Assembly: GCF_018977255.1 (NCBI RefSeq)
Contig: NW_024704747.1
Coordinates: 186,001 to 250,000, forward strand
Origin: Callorhinchus milii
Taxonomy: Eukaryota
Reading direction: 5' to 3'
Length of the DNA stretch: 64,000 nt
Shown here: positions 50,801 through 63,317 of the stretch, in pieces
How the letters are laid out: each line of letters begins with the position of its first letter
How positions within the stretch are numbered: position 1 is the stretch's first letter
Made by a program: the position numbers and the translations under genes
Notes under the pieces: model-generated
What the model was told of the DNA's origin: nothing
The model's input: only the letters and a program-made list of their open reading frames with translations
Database searches by the model: none

Positions 50801-53800
50801 ATACCCGGCAACGTCTTCTGCTCCAGGTCCAGCAACACAGCACCTGCCACGGCGGGAGAGGGTGACAGTGAGAGAGGCTCCACCATAGTATAGCACCAAC
50901 AAGGAGATTGGTACAGACACAGACAGAGCTCCACCAGCCCCAGGCCCAGCTCACCATGAGCAATGGTCTTCCTGAGCTCCAGAAGGCTGCGGAATGAGAG
51001 CGAGGCCACGTGTGGTTTTCCCCATTTGTCCGTTTCCGTCTCCACATCCTCCTCGAATTTGATCCAGCGAGCAGTCTCCCGCCATTGCATTTCCTTCTTC
51101 CCATCGGAGGTCAGTTCGTTCAACTCCACAAACACCTGGGGACCAAAGCTGAGCTTAGCAACACAGAGACAGATACCACAGGGAGTTCTACACCCTGATC
51201 ACCCGGTCAGTGTCCTCTCCATAGCCCAGGGACACGGAGGCCATCTGCTGCCCCGACTGAGATCAGCCACTCGGCACAGAGCGAAGTCGGTGTGAGGTCA
51301 CAGCACTGGGAGAAGTGGGTGAGTTTAATTAATTGGAGTTTGAGGTACAGACCAGCCATGATCTAATAGAATGGTGGAACAGGCTCGAGGGGCTGCATGG
51401 CAAACTCCTATTCCTATCAACAACAACAATTTGCATTTATATAGTGCCCCTCACACGGTGTAGCGTCCCAGAGCCCTTTCTATGTCATGTTCCTCTATCA
51501 GGAGCTGCGAGCTTGGTACCTCGTGTGGTTTACGATCCAGTTTCTTCTTGACGTTGGGGGGGGCGGGGGCCTTGGTGCTGGTCCTGGCTGCCTGGCACCT
51601 TGATGTCTTCTTCACCAGGTGTCTCCGCACCCCAGGGTTGTCCTCAAATCGGTGACCTGCAGGGCAAGAGAGCCAATCACACAGCTCCCTGAGAGAGAGC
51701 CAATCCCACAGCTGCCCGACAGCCCTAGGACTGAGACCTGTCCCGGCTCAGGTTAGTGGTTCTCAGCCTCTGGAGTCAATCCAGACCAACCATACAAGGT
51801 GTCCAGTGGCTGAACCCCAGCCTTGCCCACGTCCACCTCATCCAGTAACTGGGAAACATTCCCGCTGCCTCTTTTCCACTACCTGCATCACTTCCCACTC
51901 ACTCTCCTTGCCCTGAGCGCCAACCCACCACAGCTCAACACAACATCAGCAACAAGGAGCTCACACCCAGACTCGGCCTCCAGTACACACTGTGGGGGGA
52001 GGGGGGAACACTGCATTGCTGGCGGGGCTGTCTGAACATTGCTCCCTCCCCTGCCACCACTGCCCCCCCCCATTGGCACCGCCACCGACCCCCAAAGCTG
52101 TGGCCTCTCTGGCACCTGTTCTAGGGAGGGCAGGGGTTGGGGAGGGAAGCTGGGCTGGGCAGGGGGAGGGCTGGAGAGGGTTGGGCTGGGCAGGGCTGGG
52201 GAGGGCTTGGCTGGGGGAGGGCTGGGTTGAGTTGGGGGAAGACTGGGTTGGGGCGTGGTGGGCTGGGTTGGAAGGGGGCTGGGTTGGAAGGGGGCTGGGT
52301 TGGAAGGGGCTGGGTTGGAAGGGGGCTGGGTTGGAAGGGGGCTGGGTTGGAAGGGGGCTGGGTTGGAAGGGGGCTGGGTTGGAAGGGGGCTGGGTTGGGT
52401 TGGGAAAGGGCAGAGCTGGATTGAGAGAGGGCAGGGTTGGGGAGATCAGGGCAGGACGAGGAGAGGCCTGGGGAGGACAAGGCTGGGGAGGGGAGCGGGG
52501 AGCGAGCTGCTGGGCTGGTTGAGGTTTCAGTGAATTTGGGTTACGATCGATCACTTGTGTCACCAAAAGAACAATTACTGTTCCCGTAGCAACGCGAACA
52601 AATCAATGTCAGCTGCTCTCAGCATCCACAGCAACCGAGCCCGGTCAGTCACTGACCAGCAGCGAGGGCAGCCTCCCCCGCACAGCCCCACCCCAGGCCA
52701 TATGTCCATGTACACACTGTAATCACAACAGGGCAATGTGAGAGACACACAGAGGGAGGGGGGCCTCAGTGATCAGGGGGCTGGTTATCGGAGTTCAGAG
52801 GTCAGTACTGAATGGGGTAAACTGAGTGAAGATAATCATATAATAATAATCCTTGCATTTGATACAGCGCCTTATCACGTCTTCAAGACGTCTCAAAGTG
52901 CTTTAGAGAATATACTGTAAAGTGAATTGACAGTATATTTTGTGGGCGAAACGCAGCAGCCAATTGCACACAGCAGTGCCCCACAAACAGCCGTGGATTG
53001 AGGGACCAAATTTTTTTTTGGGAAGGGATTATTACCCCCGAAAAAGCGATCCACCAATCGACTGATAACAGGGTTCTTATTTATTGCTATGTAAACAGAA
53101 CATGTGGAATATGGAAACTTGCCCAACATTTCGCTCTGCCAGGATCAAGCCCAGGACCTCTCGCTTGTGAAGCACATGCTCTAACCACTGAGCTACAGGA
53201 CTCCACGAGTGTGTAGAGGGAGCTAGGAGTGTGGAGTAGAGTGTGGCGGATAGTGTGGAGGGAGATGAGAGTGTTGAGGACAGTGTTACTCACGGCCGGG
53301 CTCCCCGTTGTGCAGTAAGTGGCTGTTGATGGATTCCCACAGATCGTATTCTTCAAAATCCAAGACAAACTCCTCAAAGTCCTCGCAATCAAGAGAGGGG
53401 CAGCCCACGCCCCCCTCCCCCAGGTTCTCATCACTCTCCTTGATCACCATCATGGTGTGGCTGGCCCGGCTCCCCCCACCACCCGCCTGACTCCCGTTCA
53501 CACCAGCCCTGACTACCTGCTCACACCAGCCCTGACTACCTGCTCACACCACCCCTGACTACCTGCTCACACCCATTCTCAAGCCAGACCCGGCTCACAC
53601 CCAGCCTGCGAGATGGCAGTCCAGAGGTGGCAAGGGAACGAGTGAGAACCACAGCCTGATCAGGGCGGGTGGGGGCGGTGGGTGGTGGGGGGAGGGGGGG
53701 CGCTGTGACAGGGCGCACACGGCCCTGGGCTCCCCCCAGCACTTTCCATGACGCGGGCGGCTCCAATCCATATCCTGCCTCCATCCAGTCAGGGGCTGTG

Positions 53801-56591
53801 ACAGCCGAAGCTGGGACACTTAACCCTTTCATCGCCCCCCCCCTCCCACCGCACCCCCACCTCGTATGGTTTCTGGCCTCTATGCCCCCCCCTCCCACAC
53901 CCACTGAAATCCCCACATCCCCCACACACAACACACACTTTGACATTCCTCCCCAGCCCCCCCCCCTCCCCACACACACACACACACTGACATCCCCACG
54001 CACCCACAAACTCAGCTGACGTCCTTCAGGACAACATTTTGCCCACAAAGCACACAGTTACTACACTTTACAGTGTATTCTGCGAAACGCTTTGAAACGT
54101 CTCGATGACGTGATCAGGCGCTGTATAAAACGCCAGGTTTATTATTATAACAACCTCTGATTGCATGGGGGCCTCTGACAACCAATCGTATGTGTGTGAC
54201 ACACCAAGCTTTGAGCATGCAACACAATCAGTTAGTGTGAGCGTGAGAGTGTGACACACCTGGTGAGTGTGTGACACACTTACTTTTCATGTAGTCCAAG
54301 TCGGCTCCGGCCAGCAGCTGTGCCTCGGCCTCGTCGGTGGGGACGTGCTGATAGGCCGTGGCCTCCAGGGCTGTCATGCTGCCGATACACGTGCGATCCC
54401 GCAGGTTATAGCTGGTCCCTCGGCCCCCCGGCCCCCTGGCACCCGGCCCCCGGCACTGAGCTCCCCGCACACCCCAGCCCAGCATACACTGGCTCTCCAC
54501 ATCCTCTAAACACACAGCACTGCCCCTGTGGCCAGAGAGAGAGAGAGAGAGAGTGAGAGATACCGACACCTCCTCCCCGTCACCCCCTCCCATGTACTCC
54601 CCTTTCCCCATCACCCAAGCACCCAACTGGCTCTCCACCTCCTCCACACACACAGTCCTGTAACTGCAGCCACAGAGAGTCACCAACAGCCGCTCACGCA
54701 CCCCAATCTCTCCCCCACCACGATCAACATTCCTCCCGGATCCCCACCTCGTCACTTCCCAACTCTCCGCGCCTCCAACCGCGTGCCCACCCCACCCCAG
54801 CCCAGTGGCAGACACGCACTGACTGGCTGATATATCGGGGCCCTCCCTCTCCAAGGAACGTGATGTTGGCAGCAGAGTGAAGCTCCCGTCCAGCCCGCAC
54901 TCCGGAAACAGCTCTCCATAGCCAGCCAGGAACTGGGAACACACAGAAACCAGGGATCAGTTCATCATCGTATTTGTGCTGGGGCTCGCTCCCCCACTGG
55001 AGCTCTCTACTCTAACCCCATTCCCTCCTCTCTCTCTCTCTCTCCCCACCGTGTCTGTGCTGGGGCTCGCTCCCCCACTGGAGCTCTCTACTCTAACCCC
55101 ATTCCCTCCTCTCGCTCTCTCTCTCTCTCTCTCCCCATCGTGTCTGTGCTGGGGCTCGTTTCCCCATTGGAGCTCTCTACTCTAACCCTATTCCCTGCTC
55201 TCTCTCTCTCTCTCCCCCCATCGTGTCTGTGCTGGGGCTCACTCACCCACTGGAGCTCTCTACTCTAACCCCATCCCCTGCTCTCTTCTCTCTCTCATGT
55301 ATCTCAGCCTCATGACCTTCTGCTGCCCACCCACCATCCCCCCACTTACTCTGCCATGCTGCAACTTCTCACCTGGGGGGGGCTGGTGAATTCTTGGTCA
55401 GTTGATGTCTCCTTGTTTTGGGTCTCGATCTCTGAGCCTTCCTCTTCCTCCCCTTCATCCTCCTCATCCTCCTCCTGAATGGTGGGGGTCACCTCGGAGG
55501 GAGGCACCGAGGTCTTCTTTTTCTTCCTCTTCCTTCTCTTGTTCTTCTCGGGCCGCGGGAGCTTCCTCTTAACGCGGACGGAGGGGGGGAGGCGTGTGGA
55601 GAGCGGGTGGTGGATGTGGTGGGAGGAGTGACGGTGAACTGCAAACACAACAGCCAAACAGTGAGTGAGACAGCATCATAACCCTACAAGCTCCTGGTAA
55701 CCCTGCCACCCAAAGTCCTAACGGGGAGGGTGGTCCTAGCTGGACAAGTAAAAGGATGTGGACCTCCAGGGAGAGAGAGTGCGCAAATTACATTCCAACA
55801 CTCGATCTCTGGGTTTTCCAGGTGCAGGTGGGATGCATGGAATTCTCCCCTTGATTTGGATACTCTTAATCATGGTGTTGGGTTTTAATGTGTGTTAGAC
55901 ATCTGGCTGATCACGGTATGTGTTGGTGATGGGTCTCTGTGTGTCAGATTGCGGTGATGGCATTGCTGGGACACTTACACTCAAAGTCCTTCTCGTTGTA
56001 GGTCCTGTGAGGTTCTCTCGCTGGCTGCTCAGTGACCAGGTCTCCAAGCCGCTCAATCGCCAGCGCTTTGTCCAGCTCCTCCCCCTCCGTGCCCTCCGCC
56101 CCCTGCCAACAGCCAACATGTTAATGGGCAACAGTGTGTGTGTGTGAACAGCCAGCGAGCATGGGTGTGAGCAAGCGTGTGTGTGAGCAAGCGTGTGTGC
56201 GAGCGGGGCGGGGGTGCGAGCGGGTGGGAGGGCGTGTAAATGCGGGGGGGGGATGGTGAGCGGGGTGGGCTGGCCAGGGTGAGCAGAGTAAGAAAGGTGA
56301 CAATATGATGGCTGTGGGTGAGTGTGACAGAGAGCTCTGGTGAGGGTAAAGAAAATTAACCTGAGCCGAACAACACAGCCTGTGGTTCCTGAGTCACACA
56401 CATACACACACAGCAGATTAATGTCAGCTCCAACCTTGCTGTGTGCTGAGTCACTGATCTCAGCCACCGTCCCCGCTCTGTGCGGAGGAGTGTGGGGTGG
56501 GCGGGGGGGGGTCGGGGGCGCAATGGGTACTCACCAGATGTAAACACACAGAAACATCTTGAGGTTCCGTGTTTGCACAGGTCGCCATCAT
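41889..56591 (-). CDS. SLC4A3: Anion exchanger 3 (AE3), Cl-/HCO3- exchanger, about 1214 aa
   Basis: Coding exons (plus coordinates, in transcript order): 56535-56591, 55979-56102, 55373-55638, 54820-54932, 54284-54525, 51520-51656, 50955-51135, 50708-50843, 50160-50343, 49338-49446, 49017-49201, 48414-48630, 47318-47524, 46435-46583, 46005-46199, 45534-45743, 44937-45026, 44146-44312, 43684-43937, 42853-43022, 42445-42618, 41889-41966 (3645 nt, in frame). Motifs include [42 protein letters not shown] and the C-terminus [16 protein letters not shown]. The first coding exon and the 54820-54932 exon are the least certain. Confidence 0.93.
42085..42370 (+). mobile_element. Unclassified about 300-bp interspersed repeat
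   Basis: Homologous pieces at about 2220-2310, 4385-4470, 32710-32910 (-), 34860-34983 plus 35452-35640, 44355-44480 (-) and 55680-55750 (-). Confidence 0.75.
43065..43410. repeat. 30-bp minisatellite derived from the 54-bp family
   Basis: About 11 copies of CTCCCTCTACACTGTCCTCCACACTCCCGG, ending in a CCCAGGTCAGGGTTAGA remnant. Confidence 0.9.
46650..47130 (-). mobile_element. L2 3' fragment
   Basis: Same 3' family sequence in reverse orientation. Confidence 0.7.
50462..50715 (-). repeat. 32-bp minisatellite containing the SLC4A3 splice donor
   Basis: Eight GGTACC-containing units at 50480, 50512, 50544, 50576, 50607, 50639, 50671 and 50703. Confidence 0.9.
52140..52410. repeat. G-rich minisatellite GGGCTGGGTTGGAAGG
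   Basis: Tandem units of about 17 bp. Confidence 0.85.
52840..53205 (-). mobile_element. Deu-domain SINE
   Basis: Full-length reverse copy. Other copies lie at about 6565-6880, 14910-15120, 26280-26580, 40410-40612, 44480-44612 and 47560-48100 (split by an L2 piece). Confidence 0.85.
53294..53453 (-). CDS. SLC4A3: Candidate alternative (internal) first coding exon of SLC4A3
   Basis: ATG-initiated 53 codons [10 protein letters not shown]...[31 protein letters not shown], ending at a consensus GTGAGT donor in phase 1 that matches the phase-1 acceptor at 51656. Confidence 0.6.
54975..55285. repeat. About 80-bp tandem repeat (4 copies); a further copy lies at 1-75
   Basis: GTGTCTGTGCTGGGGCTCGCTCCCCCACTGGAGCTCTCTACTCTAACCCCATTCCC followed by (CT)n. 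Confidence 0.85.
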
Positions 56592-57179
56592 TCCCTCTGC
56601 CAGGACCCAACGCTGAGCACGTTCAGCCCTTCTCCCTCACCGTGGTGTTCACACAGAACCTTAGTCGTGACATCACCTTCAGAGAGAGAGTGTCAGAGAA
56701 AGAAAGAGAGAGAGACAGTGAGAGAGAGAGGGGGAGCTTTATTTATATCTCCATCCCTGGGAGTGTGGACGCACAGGTATAGAGGAGCTTTGCTGTGTCT
56801 CTAACCCTGACCTGGGAGTGTGGACGGACGCACAGTGTAGAGGATGGAGGCTGATCCCAGTGTTAGAGACAGAGGAGACAGTGAGGCTGATCCCAGTGTT
56901 AGAGACAGAGGGGACAGTGAGGCTGATCCCAGTGTTACTATGATGAGCAACAAACTCATCATCACAGTATGTGACAGACATAGCCTGAGGGACTAATTGG
57001 GGGAGGAGTGTGGGGGAGGGGGGGGTTCTCTCTCTTTGAGGTGGGGGATTACGGGATGTGGGGCGAGTGATGTGGATGGCGGGGGGGGGGGGGGGGAGTG
57101 GGGTGGCACTGGGGGTCATTTTGATCGCTGACATCAAATTGGCAGAGATGTGGACCTCGAGGAAAACAACCCCAGCGAG

Positions 57180-58040
57180 AACCTCACACCCCAACCTCCC
57201 CCTCCCCCCCAACCTCCCCCCTCCCCCCCCAAACACCCCCCTCACCCCCCAACCTCCCCCCCCAACCACCCCCCTCATCCCCCAACCTCCCCCCCCGCCC
57301 CACCTCATCCCCCAACCTCCCCACCTCACACCCCAACCTCCCCCCTCCCCCCCAACCTCCCCCCCCCTCACCCCCAACCTCCCCACCTCACACCCCAACC
57401 TCCCCCCAACCTCCCCCCCTCATCCCCCAACCTCCCCCCCTCATCCCCCAACTTCCCCCCCTCATCCCCCAACCTCCCCCCCTCATTCCCCAACCTCCCC
57501 CGTCCCCCTTTCATCCCCCCTCACCCCCAACCTCCCCCCTCCCCACCCCACCTCACCCCCCAACTTCCCCCTTCCCCACCTCACCCCCCAACCTCCGCCC
57601 AGAAACTCCCCCCCCCCAACCTCCGCCCAGAAACTCCCCCCCCCCCCTCCCATATCCTCCGGAACAACCCCAACATCACCCCCCGCGAGCACAGCGGCTC
57701 AGGTGATGTGGTGGCGGTCGCTTCTCTGTGTTGGGTTTGGGCCGTGTTTCTGGGAGGATCGCCTCCCCCTCTGTGTCCCCCTCCATCCCCCCCCCCTCCC
57801 TCTCTGTCTCCCCCTCCATCCTCCCCCTCTCTGTCTCCCCCTCCACCTCCCCCTCTGTGTCCCCCTCCACCCCCCCTCTCTGTCTCCCCCCCCACCTCCC
57901 CTCTCTGTCTCCCCCTCCATCCCTCCCCTCTGTTGTCTCCCCCTCCATCCCCCCCTCTCTGTCTGTCTCCCCCTCCATCCCCCCCCTCTCTGTCTCCCCC
58001 TCCATCCCCCCCACCCCTCCCCCCCCCCCCCCCTCCCCGC
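57180..58040. repeat. C-rich low-complexity tandem repeats in SLC4A3 intron 1
   Basis: CCCCAACCTCCCC and CTCTGTCTCCCCCTCCAT units. Confidence 0.8.
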
Positions 58041-58068
58041 CCAGGATGGGCCGCCGCCAGCGCCTTAC

Positions 58069-58260
58069 CTGTGCTGAGCCGCGGGGCCGGCGCTGGGGTC
58101 TGGGGTCGATGCTCGGGGGCGGGCGGGATGCGGGCGCGGGGCTGGGAGTCAGGAGCGGGTATTCAGCGCCATGATGCGGGAATGCCACATCCCATCACGT
58201 GGCTGACAGTCGGCGCTCGGGAATTCATTCCGAGGAAACCGGCGCAGAGGCGCTGGAAAG
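58069..58260 (-). promoter_or_regulatory. CpG-rich putative non-coding exon 1 / promoter of SLC4A3
   Basis: CpG-dense segment ending in minus-strand CAG|GTAAGG at 58069/58068. A candidate acceptor at 56676 precedes the start-codon exon. Confidence 0.55.
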
Positions 58261-59989
58261 CGGTCCCCGCACTCCCCGTCACTCAGACAGTCAGTCACAC
58301 CGGGGCTGAGAGCTCAGAGCATCACACAGTCCGGGGACTACCCCCACAGCCTGGGAGCCCCCACACAGGGGGTGGGGGGGGGGGGAGGTTAGACCACGCT
58401 GGCAGGGCTGGGGGTGGGGGTCTGCACTGTGTATGTGTCACTGCTCTGATTGTGAAGCCATCATCTGCTGTCAAACTGACCCATATACACAGCCCAATCG
58501 CGATGCGCTCCACAACACCTCTGTCATCTAAGCCCAGGGCTCAGAACCCTCCCCCCCCCCACCCCCCAGACACTGTCCAGACACCCTCACTGAAAAGTCA
58601 GGGGAAGCAGCCAAAGATTCGATCATAGGGGGCAGACAAACTCCTGGCCCCACCCCCCCCCCCCCCCCCAGTGAGGAGCTCTGGGCACTGTGAGGAGTGG
58701 GGAACAATGACTGACCTCCCCCTTCTCTCAGGGGGCTCTGTCAGGTTACACACGCATGACGGCCACACGCGGAGTGAGGCACCAGTCCCCGACACACAAC
58801 CCCCAGTGATGGTGCCGGTCTGCGGCTCACCGGCTCACACTCTCATCTCAGGATCAGAACCTTGTGGGTTCCAACCCCAGCACCGGTGGTCAGACCCGAC
58901 ACTCCGTCGCGGGGCCGGGGAGAGCTGCACTTTGGGGTCGGAGGTGCAGTCCTTTGGTTGAGATGTTAAACTGAGTCTGTGTCTGTGTGTTGGGGTGGAC
59001 GGTCCCCGCGGATAACATCGGTCCATGGCTTCACCGCTGGTTGTGGCTCTTTGCTGTGTGCAAACTGGACGCCACAATCGCCACTTTACCAGTGTATCCG
59101 GTGAAGCGCTGTGAGATATGGGGTAAAAGGCGGGAAATTGGGGTTCAGGTCCCGATCATCCGCGATCTTATAGAACGGCGGAACAGGCTCGAGGGGCTGC
59201 GTAACCTCCTCCTGTTCCTTTTCTCCTACGCTGTACTCTGTCCAGCGCCTTGGGACGCCCCTCCCGACGGGCAAGGGCTGTGATGTGGTGGTTGTTGTTG
59301 ATGTTATGGTAACTCAGTGAGAGTCAGTGCATGAATTAGGTAAGTCAGTGAGTTAGTCTGGTGACTGTCGGTCAATCTGGTAACTCGGTTAGAGATGGGT
59401 TAGTACCAGTGGTCCAGGCAGTGTGGTCCAGGCTGGGGTGACAGTCTTGGCCGCTGGAGGCGCTGTGACTGGAGGCCGCTGGAGGCGCTGTGACTGGAGG
59501 CCGCTGGAGGCGCTGTGACTGGAGGCCGCTGTGTGCGGCTCCGGGTGGATCATGTGAGGTATATACCTTTGGAGCCGGGAAGAGGCCGTGACTCGGGGAC
59601 AGCGATCCCAACCCTGAGTGGGTGAGTGGGAGTGAGGGGGGGGAGAGGGAGTGAGGGAGTGAGCGAAGGGGGAGGGAGTGAGGGAGGGGAGGAGTGAGGG
59701 GGGGCTGTGGAGTTGGGGCTCCGGTGCCGCTGGGGGCGCTTTCCCGTGCGGTGCAGTGTGGGGGAGCGGCGGCGCCATTGTTGTGTGGGGGCAACAACGA
59801 CCAGAGCCCCCCCCCCCCCCCCCCCGACCCTCCCCTCCCCCCCCTCCCCTCCCCTGACAGCCCCCCCCCCCCCCGCCCTGCTCCTGCTCCAGCTCTGCCC
59901 TCGGGGCAGGATTTGTGGGTTCAAGCCCCCCTCCCCCCCCCACACACCCTCACCGTGGGGTCTCTGAGCTGACAGTCCAGCGCAGCGCT

Positions 59990-61025
59990 CGGGGGGAGAG
60001 AGCGCTGAGAGGAGGGAGAGAGAGAGCGCTGTGGGGGGAGAGAGCGCACTGGGAGAGAGAGAGCGCTGGGGGGAGAGAGGGAGCGCTGGGGGAGAGAGGG
60101 AGCGCTGGGGGAGAGAGGGAGCGCTGGGGGAGAGAGAGGGAGCGCTGGGGGAGAGAGAGGGAGCGCTGGAGGAGAGAGAGGGAGCGCTGGGGGAGAGAGA
60201 GAGGGAGAGGGAGCGCTGGGGAAGAGAGAGAGCGCTGGGGGAGAGGGAGAGAGCGCTGGGGGAGAGAGGGAGAGAGAGCACTGGGGAGAGAGAGAGAGCG
60301 CTGGGGGAGAGAGCGCTGGGGAAGAGAGAGAGCGCTGGGGAGAGAGAGAGCGCTGGGGAGAGAGAGAGCGCTGGGGGAGAGAGAGGGAGCGCACTGGGGA
60401 GAGAGAGAGAGAGCGCTGGGGGAGAGAGAGAGCGCTGGGGGAGAGAGAGAGCGCTGGGGGAGAGAGAGAGAGAGCGCTGGGGGAGAGAGAGAGAGAGCGC
60501 TGGGGGAGAGAGAGAGAGAGCGCTGGGGGAGAGAGAGAGCGCTGGGGGAGAGAGAGCGCTGGGGGGAGAGGGAGAGAGCGCTGGGGGAGAGAGGGAGAGA
60601 GCGCTGGGGGAGAGAGGGAGAGAGCGCTGGGGGAGAGAGAGAGCGCTGGGGGAGAGAGGGAGAGAGCGCTGGGGGAGAGAGGGAGAGAGCGCTGGGGGAG
60701 AGAGGGAGAGAGCGCTGGGGGAGAGAGGGAGAGAGCGCTGGGGGAGAGAGGGAGAGAGCGCTGGGGGAGAGAGGGAGAGAGCGCTGGGGAGAGAGGGAGA
60801 GAGCGCTGGGGGAGAGAGGGAGAGAGCGCTGGGGGGAGAGGGAGAGAGCGCTGGGGGGAGAGGGAGAGAGCGCTGGGGGGAGAGGGAGAGAGCGCTGGGG
60901 GAGAGAGGGAGAGAGCGCTGGGGGAGAGAGGGAGAGAGCGCTGGGGGAGAGGAGAGAGCGCTGGGGGAGAGAGGGAGCGCTGGGGGAGAGAGAGAGCGCT
61001 GGGGGAGAGAGGGAGAGAGCGCTGG
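59990..61025. repeat. About 1-kb purine-rich minisatellite (GAGAGCGCTGGGGGAGAGAG)
   Basis: Tandem units of about 20-25 bp, each with AGCGCT and a G4-G6 run. Confidence 0.95.
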
Positions 61026-61977
61026 TTTGACACAAGGTGTGTAAAAGTGGAAGTTTCTGCCTGAAGGAAGGCACTGAAGCCCTGAGGAGTGGAGGCCAAT
61101 TACAGGCGTATTTTCTGCCCTGACTGAGAGCGGTTTAACTCAACATAGACCTGTGATTGAGCCCCGAGTCTCGGTGTTGCACCGAGAGCCACGGTTCAGG
61201 TGTGTGGTCCGGCTGAGAGGTTCGCCTGTTCCCCACCGGACTCCCTGTGCAGCGGCTTATTACAGTGTCACTAACGGCTCATACTGCAGGTTTGCTGGTT
61301 CTTGTGTGCAACCTGACCTCGCGGGCACCGGAGGTTTGCTCTGTGTGCTGGGGCGCTCGGTACAGTTCAGAAACATTAGGTAAGATGGGGGGGGGGGTGG
61401 GGGGGGGGGGGAGATACAGCTGTTGTCTCTGTCTGTCTGCCTCCCTGTCACTCTCACAAAGCAAACCACTGTATCTGACAAATGTCCCACTCCCAGAGAG
61501 CAGCTCAGAACTGAACGCTCTTTTGCTGTTTTATACAGTCTCCTGTTTCTGCGACGTCGCAGCTTGTGTTGGGGGTTAATGGGGGGGGGGGGAAGGTGGA
61601 AGAATAGGCTGACATGAGAGGAAGCTGAGTGTTTCTCTCTCATTTCCAACCTGCGCCATTGCTGCCGGGGAAAGGGGAAGTGCGAGACCTTTACACAAGC
61701 AGCATGTGGGGGGGGGGGGCTCTGATTCTTTAGTGGAAGGCGGTCCAGTGCTGAGGCAGGTCTGCACAGTAATGGCTGTGTCTCTGACCCTCGGTGATTG
61801 GATGTGTACCTGTAGTGTACATTGTATTCTTCTGGGGAGGGGTGGGGGAAAGGTAAGCACGGTCTCCTTGGGGCAGAACTGGCTCCGAGGTGATGTGCTT
61901 GGCAGCGGAAGGTCAGAATCGAGCCTTCTGTGATGGCCTCGGTAATCCAGGACCTGACTGGATTCAAGGATTATTGT

Positions 61978-62198
61978 TATGGTCAGGGCTGTGGCTGGGG
62001 TGTGAGTGGGTGATGGTCAGGGCTGTGGCTGGGGTGTGAGTGGGTGATGGTCAGGGCTGTGGCTGGGGTGTGAGTGGGTGATGGTCAGGGCTGTGGCTGG
62101 GGTGTGAGTGGGTGATGGTCAGGGCTGTGGCTGGGGTGTGAGTGGGTGATGGTCAGGGCTGTGGCTGGGGTGTGAGTGGGTGATGGTCAGGGCTGTGG
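61978..62198. repeat. 34-bp minisatellite, about 6.5 copies
   Basis: GGTCAGGGCTGTGGCTGGGGTGTGAGTGGGTGAT. Confidence 0.92.
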
Positions 62199-63317
62199 AG
62201 GACATTAGGTGTGTGTTTCTCCCCCCTCCCCCCGCTCAATGAGAAGGGGTGAAGGTCGTGCCTGTGTGTCACTATTATAGATAGAGCTGATTATATTACA
62301 ATCATACGATGCCCACCACACACAATGCTGCTGTTAACAGCTGATAAGGTGTGACTGAGAACAGGAGCTGCGCTCTGAGTGTCAGCGCAGCACCTGGTCC
62401 CCACACAGCACAGAGACACCAGAGCAGAGCACAGATGCACCACGCGCTTCCTCTGGGCTGATGGAACGCCTGAGGAAGTACTGCGGACTGTTATGTGAGC
62501 AGCCCCTGACCGTGGCGTGGTTGGAGGAGACCCGGAGTGGGGAAAGGTACCCCTCCCAGGGCCTGCTCCTCGGGGCAGTGCCCGCCGGCAGCCGGCAGCT
62601 TGGGGCAGTAAGTGTGGCTCTGCGAAGGGGGGTGGTGTGAGGTTGTGCTGAGTGGGTGGGGGGCAATGTGTGGCTGTGCTGATGGAGGGGGCAGTGTGTG
62701 GCTGCTGAGGGGGTGGGAGAGCAGTGTGTGGCTGTGGTGAGGGTGGGGTCGGTCGGTGGCTGTTTGTCAGACTGTTGTTGCTGAATCGATTGCGGCCATA
62801 TAATAATAATCTTTGCCTTTGATAACCCCCTTGTCACGTCTTCCAGATGCCTCAAAGCACTTCACAGGATTCACTGTAAAGTGTTGTGACTGTGTACTTT
62901 GTGGCCGTTTAAAGGGAACAAGAGGAGCGTTGTGTGTAGGAAACGGTGAGAGGGGACGGGGCAAGAGCAGGCGATGGGGATCGACGACTTCATTATAGGA
63001 GCAAAGAGCAACACTGGTCGCGGTGGCCTCCTGCACTGAAGGACTGCTGTTCTCCTGCAGGCTGGGCTGGCATCTCGGCTGCTCCCCACCATGCCGAAAC
63101 TGGCAGTGCAGCGATGGGGTTGACTATGTGGGTGGTGGGAGCTATGGCTGGCAGTGCGGGGGTGGTATGGCTGGCAGTGCAGTGATGGGGGGTGACTGAC
63201 CGTCAGGGGAGGACTGTGAGGGGGTATGGCTGGCAGTGCGGGGTCATGGTGGGTGACTGTTGATGGGGGGGAGGGGTTACGTGTTGGTGACGTTGTCTGT
63301 CTCTTGTATTACAGAAG

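Noticed and set aside
54623-54657. SLC4A3 cassette micro-exon
   Set aside because: 35 nt would shift the frame, and the donor is weak.
57058-61099. Long Pro-rich and Arg/Glu-rich ORFs (339-492 aa)
   Set aside because: Low-complexity tandem repeats open in several frames, with no protein signature.
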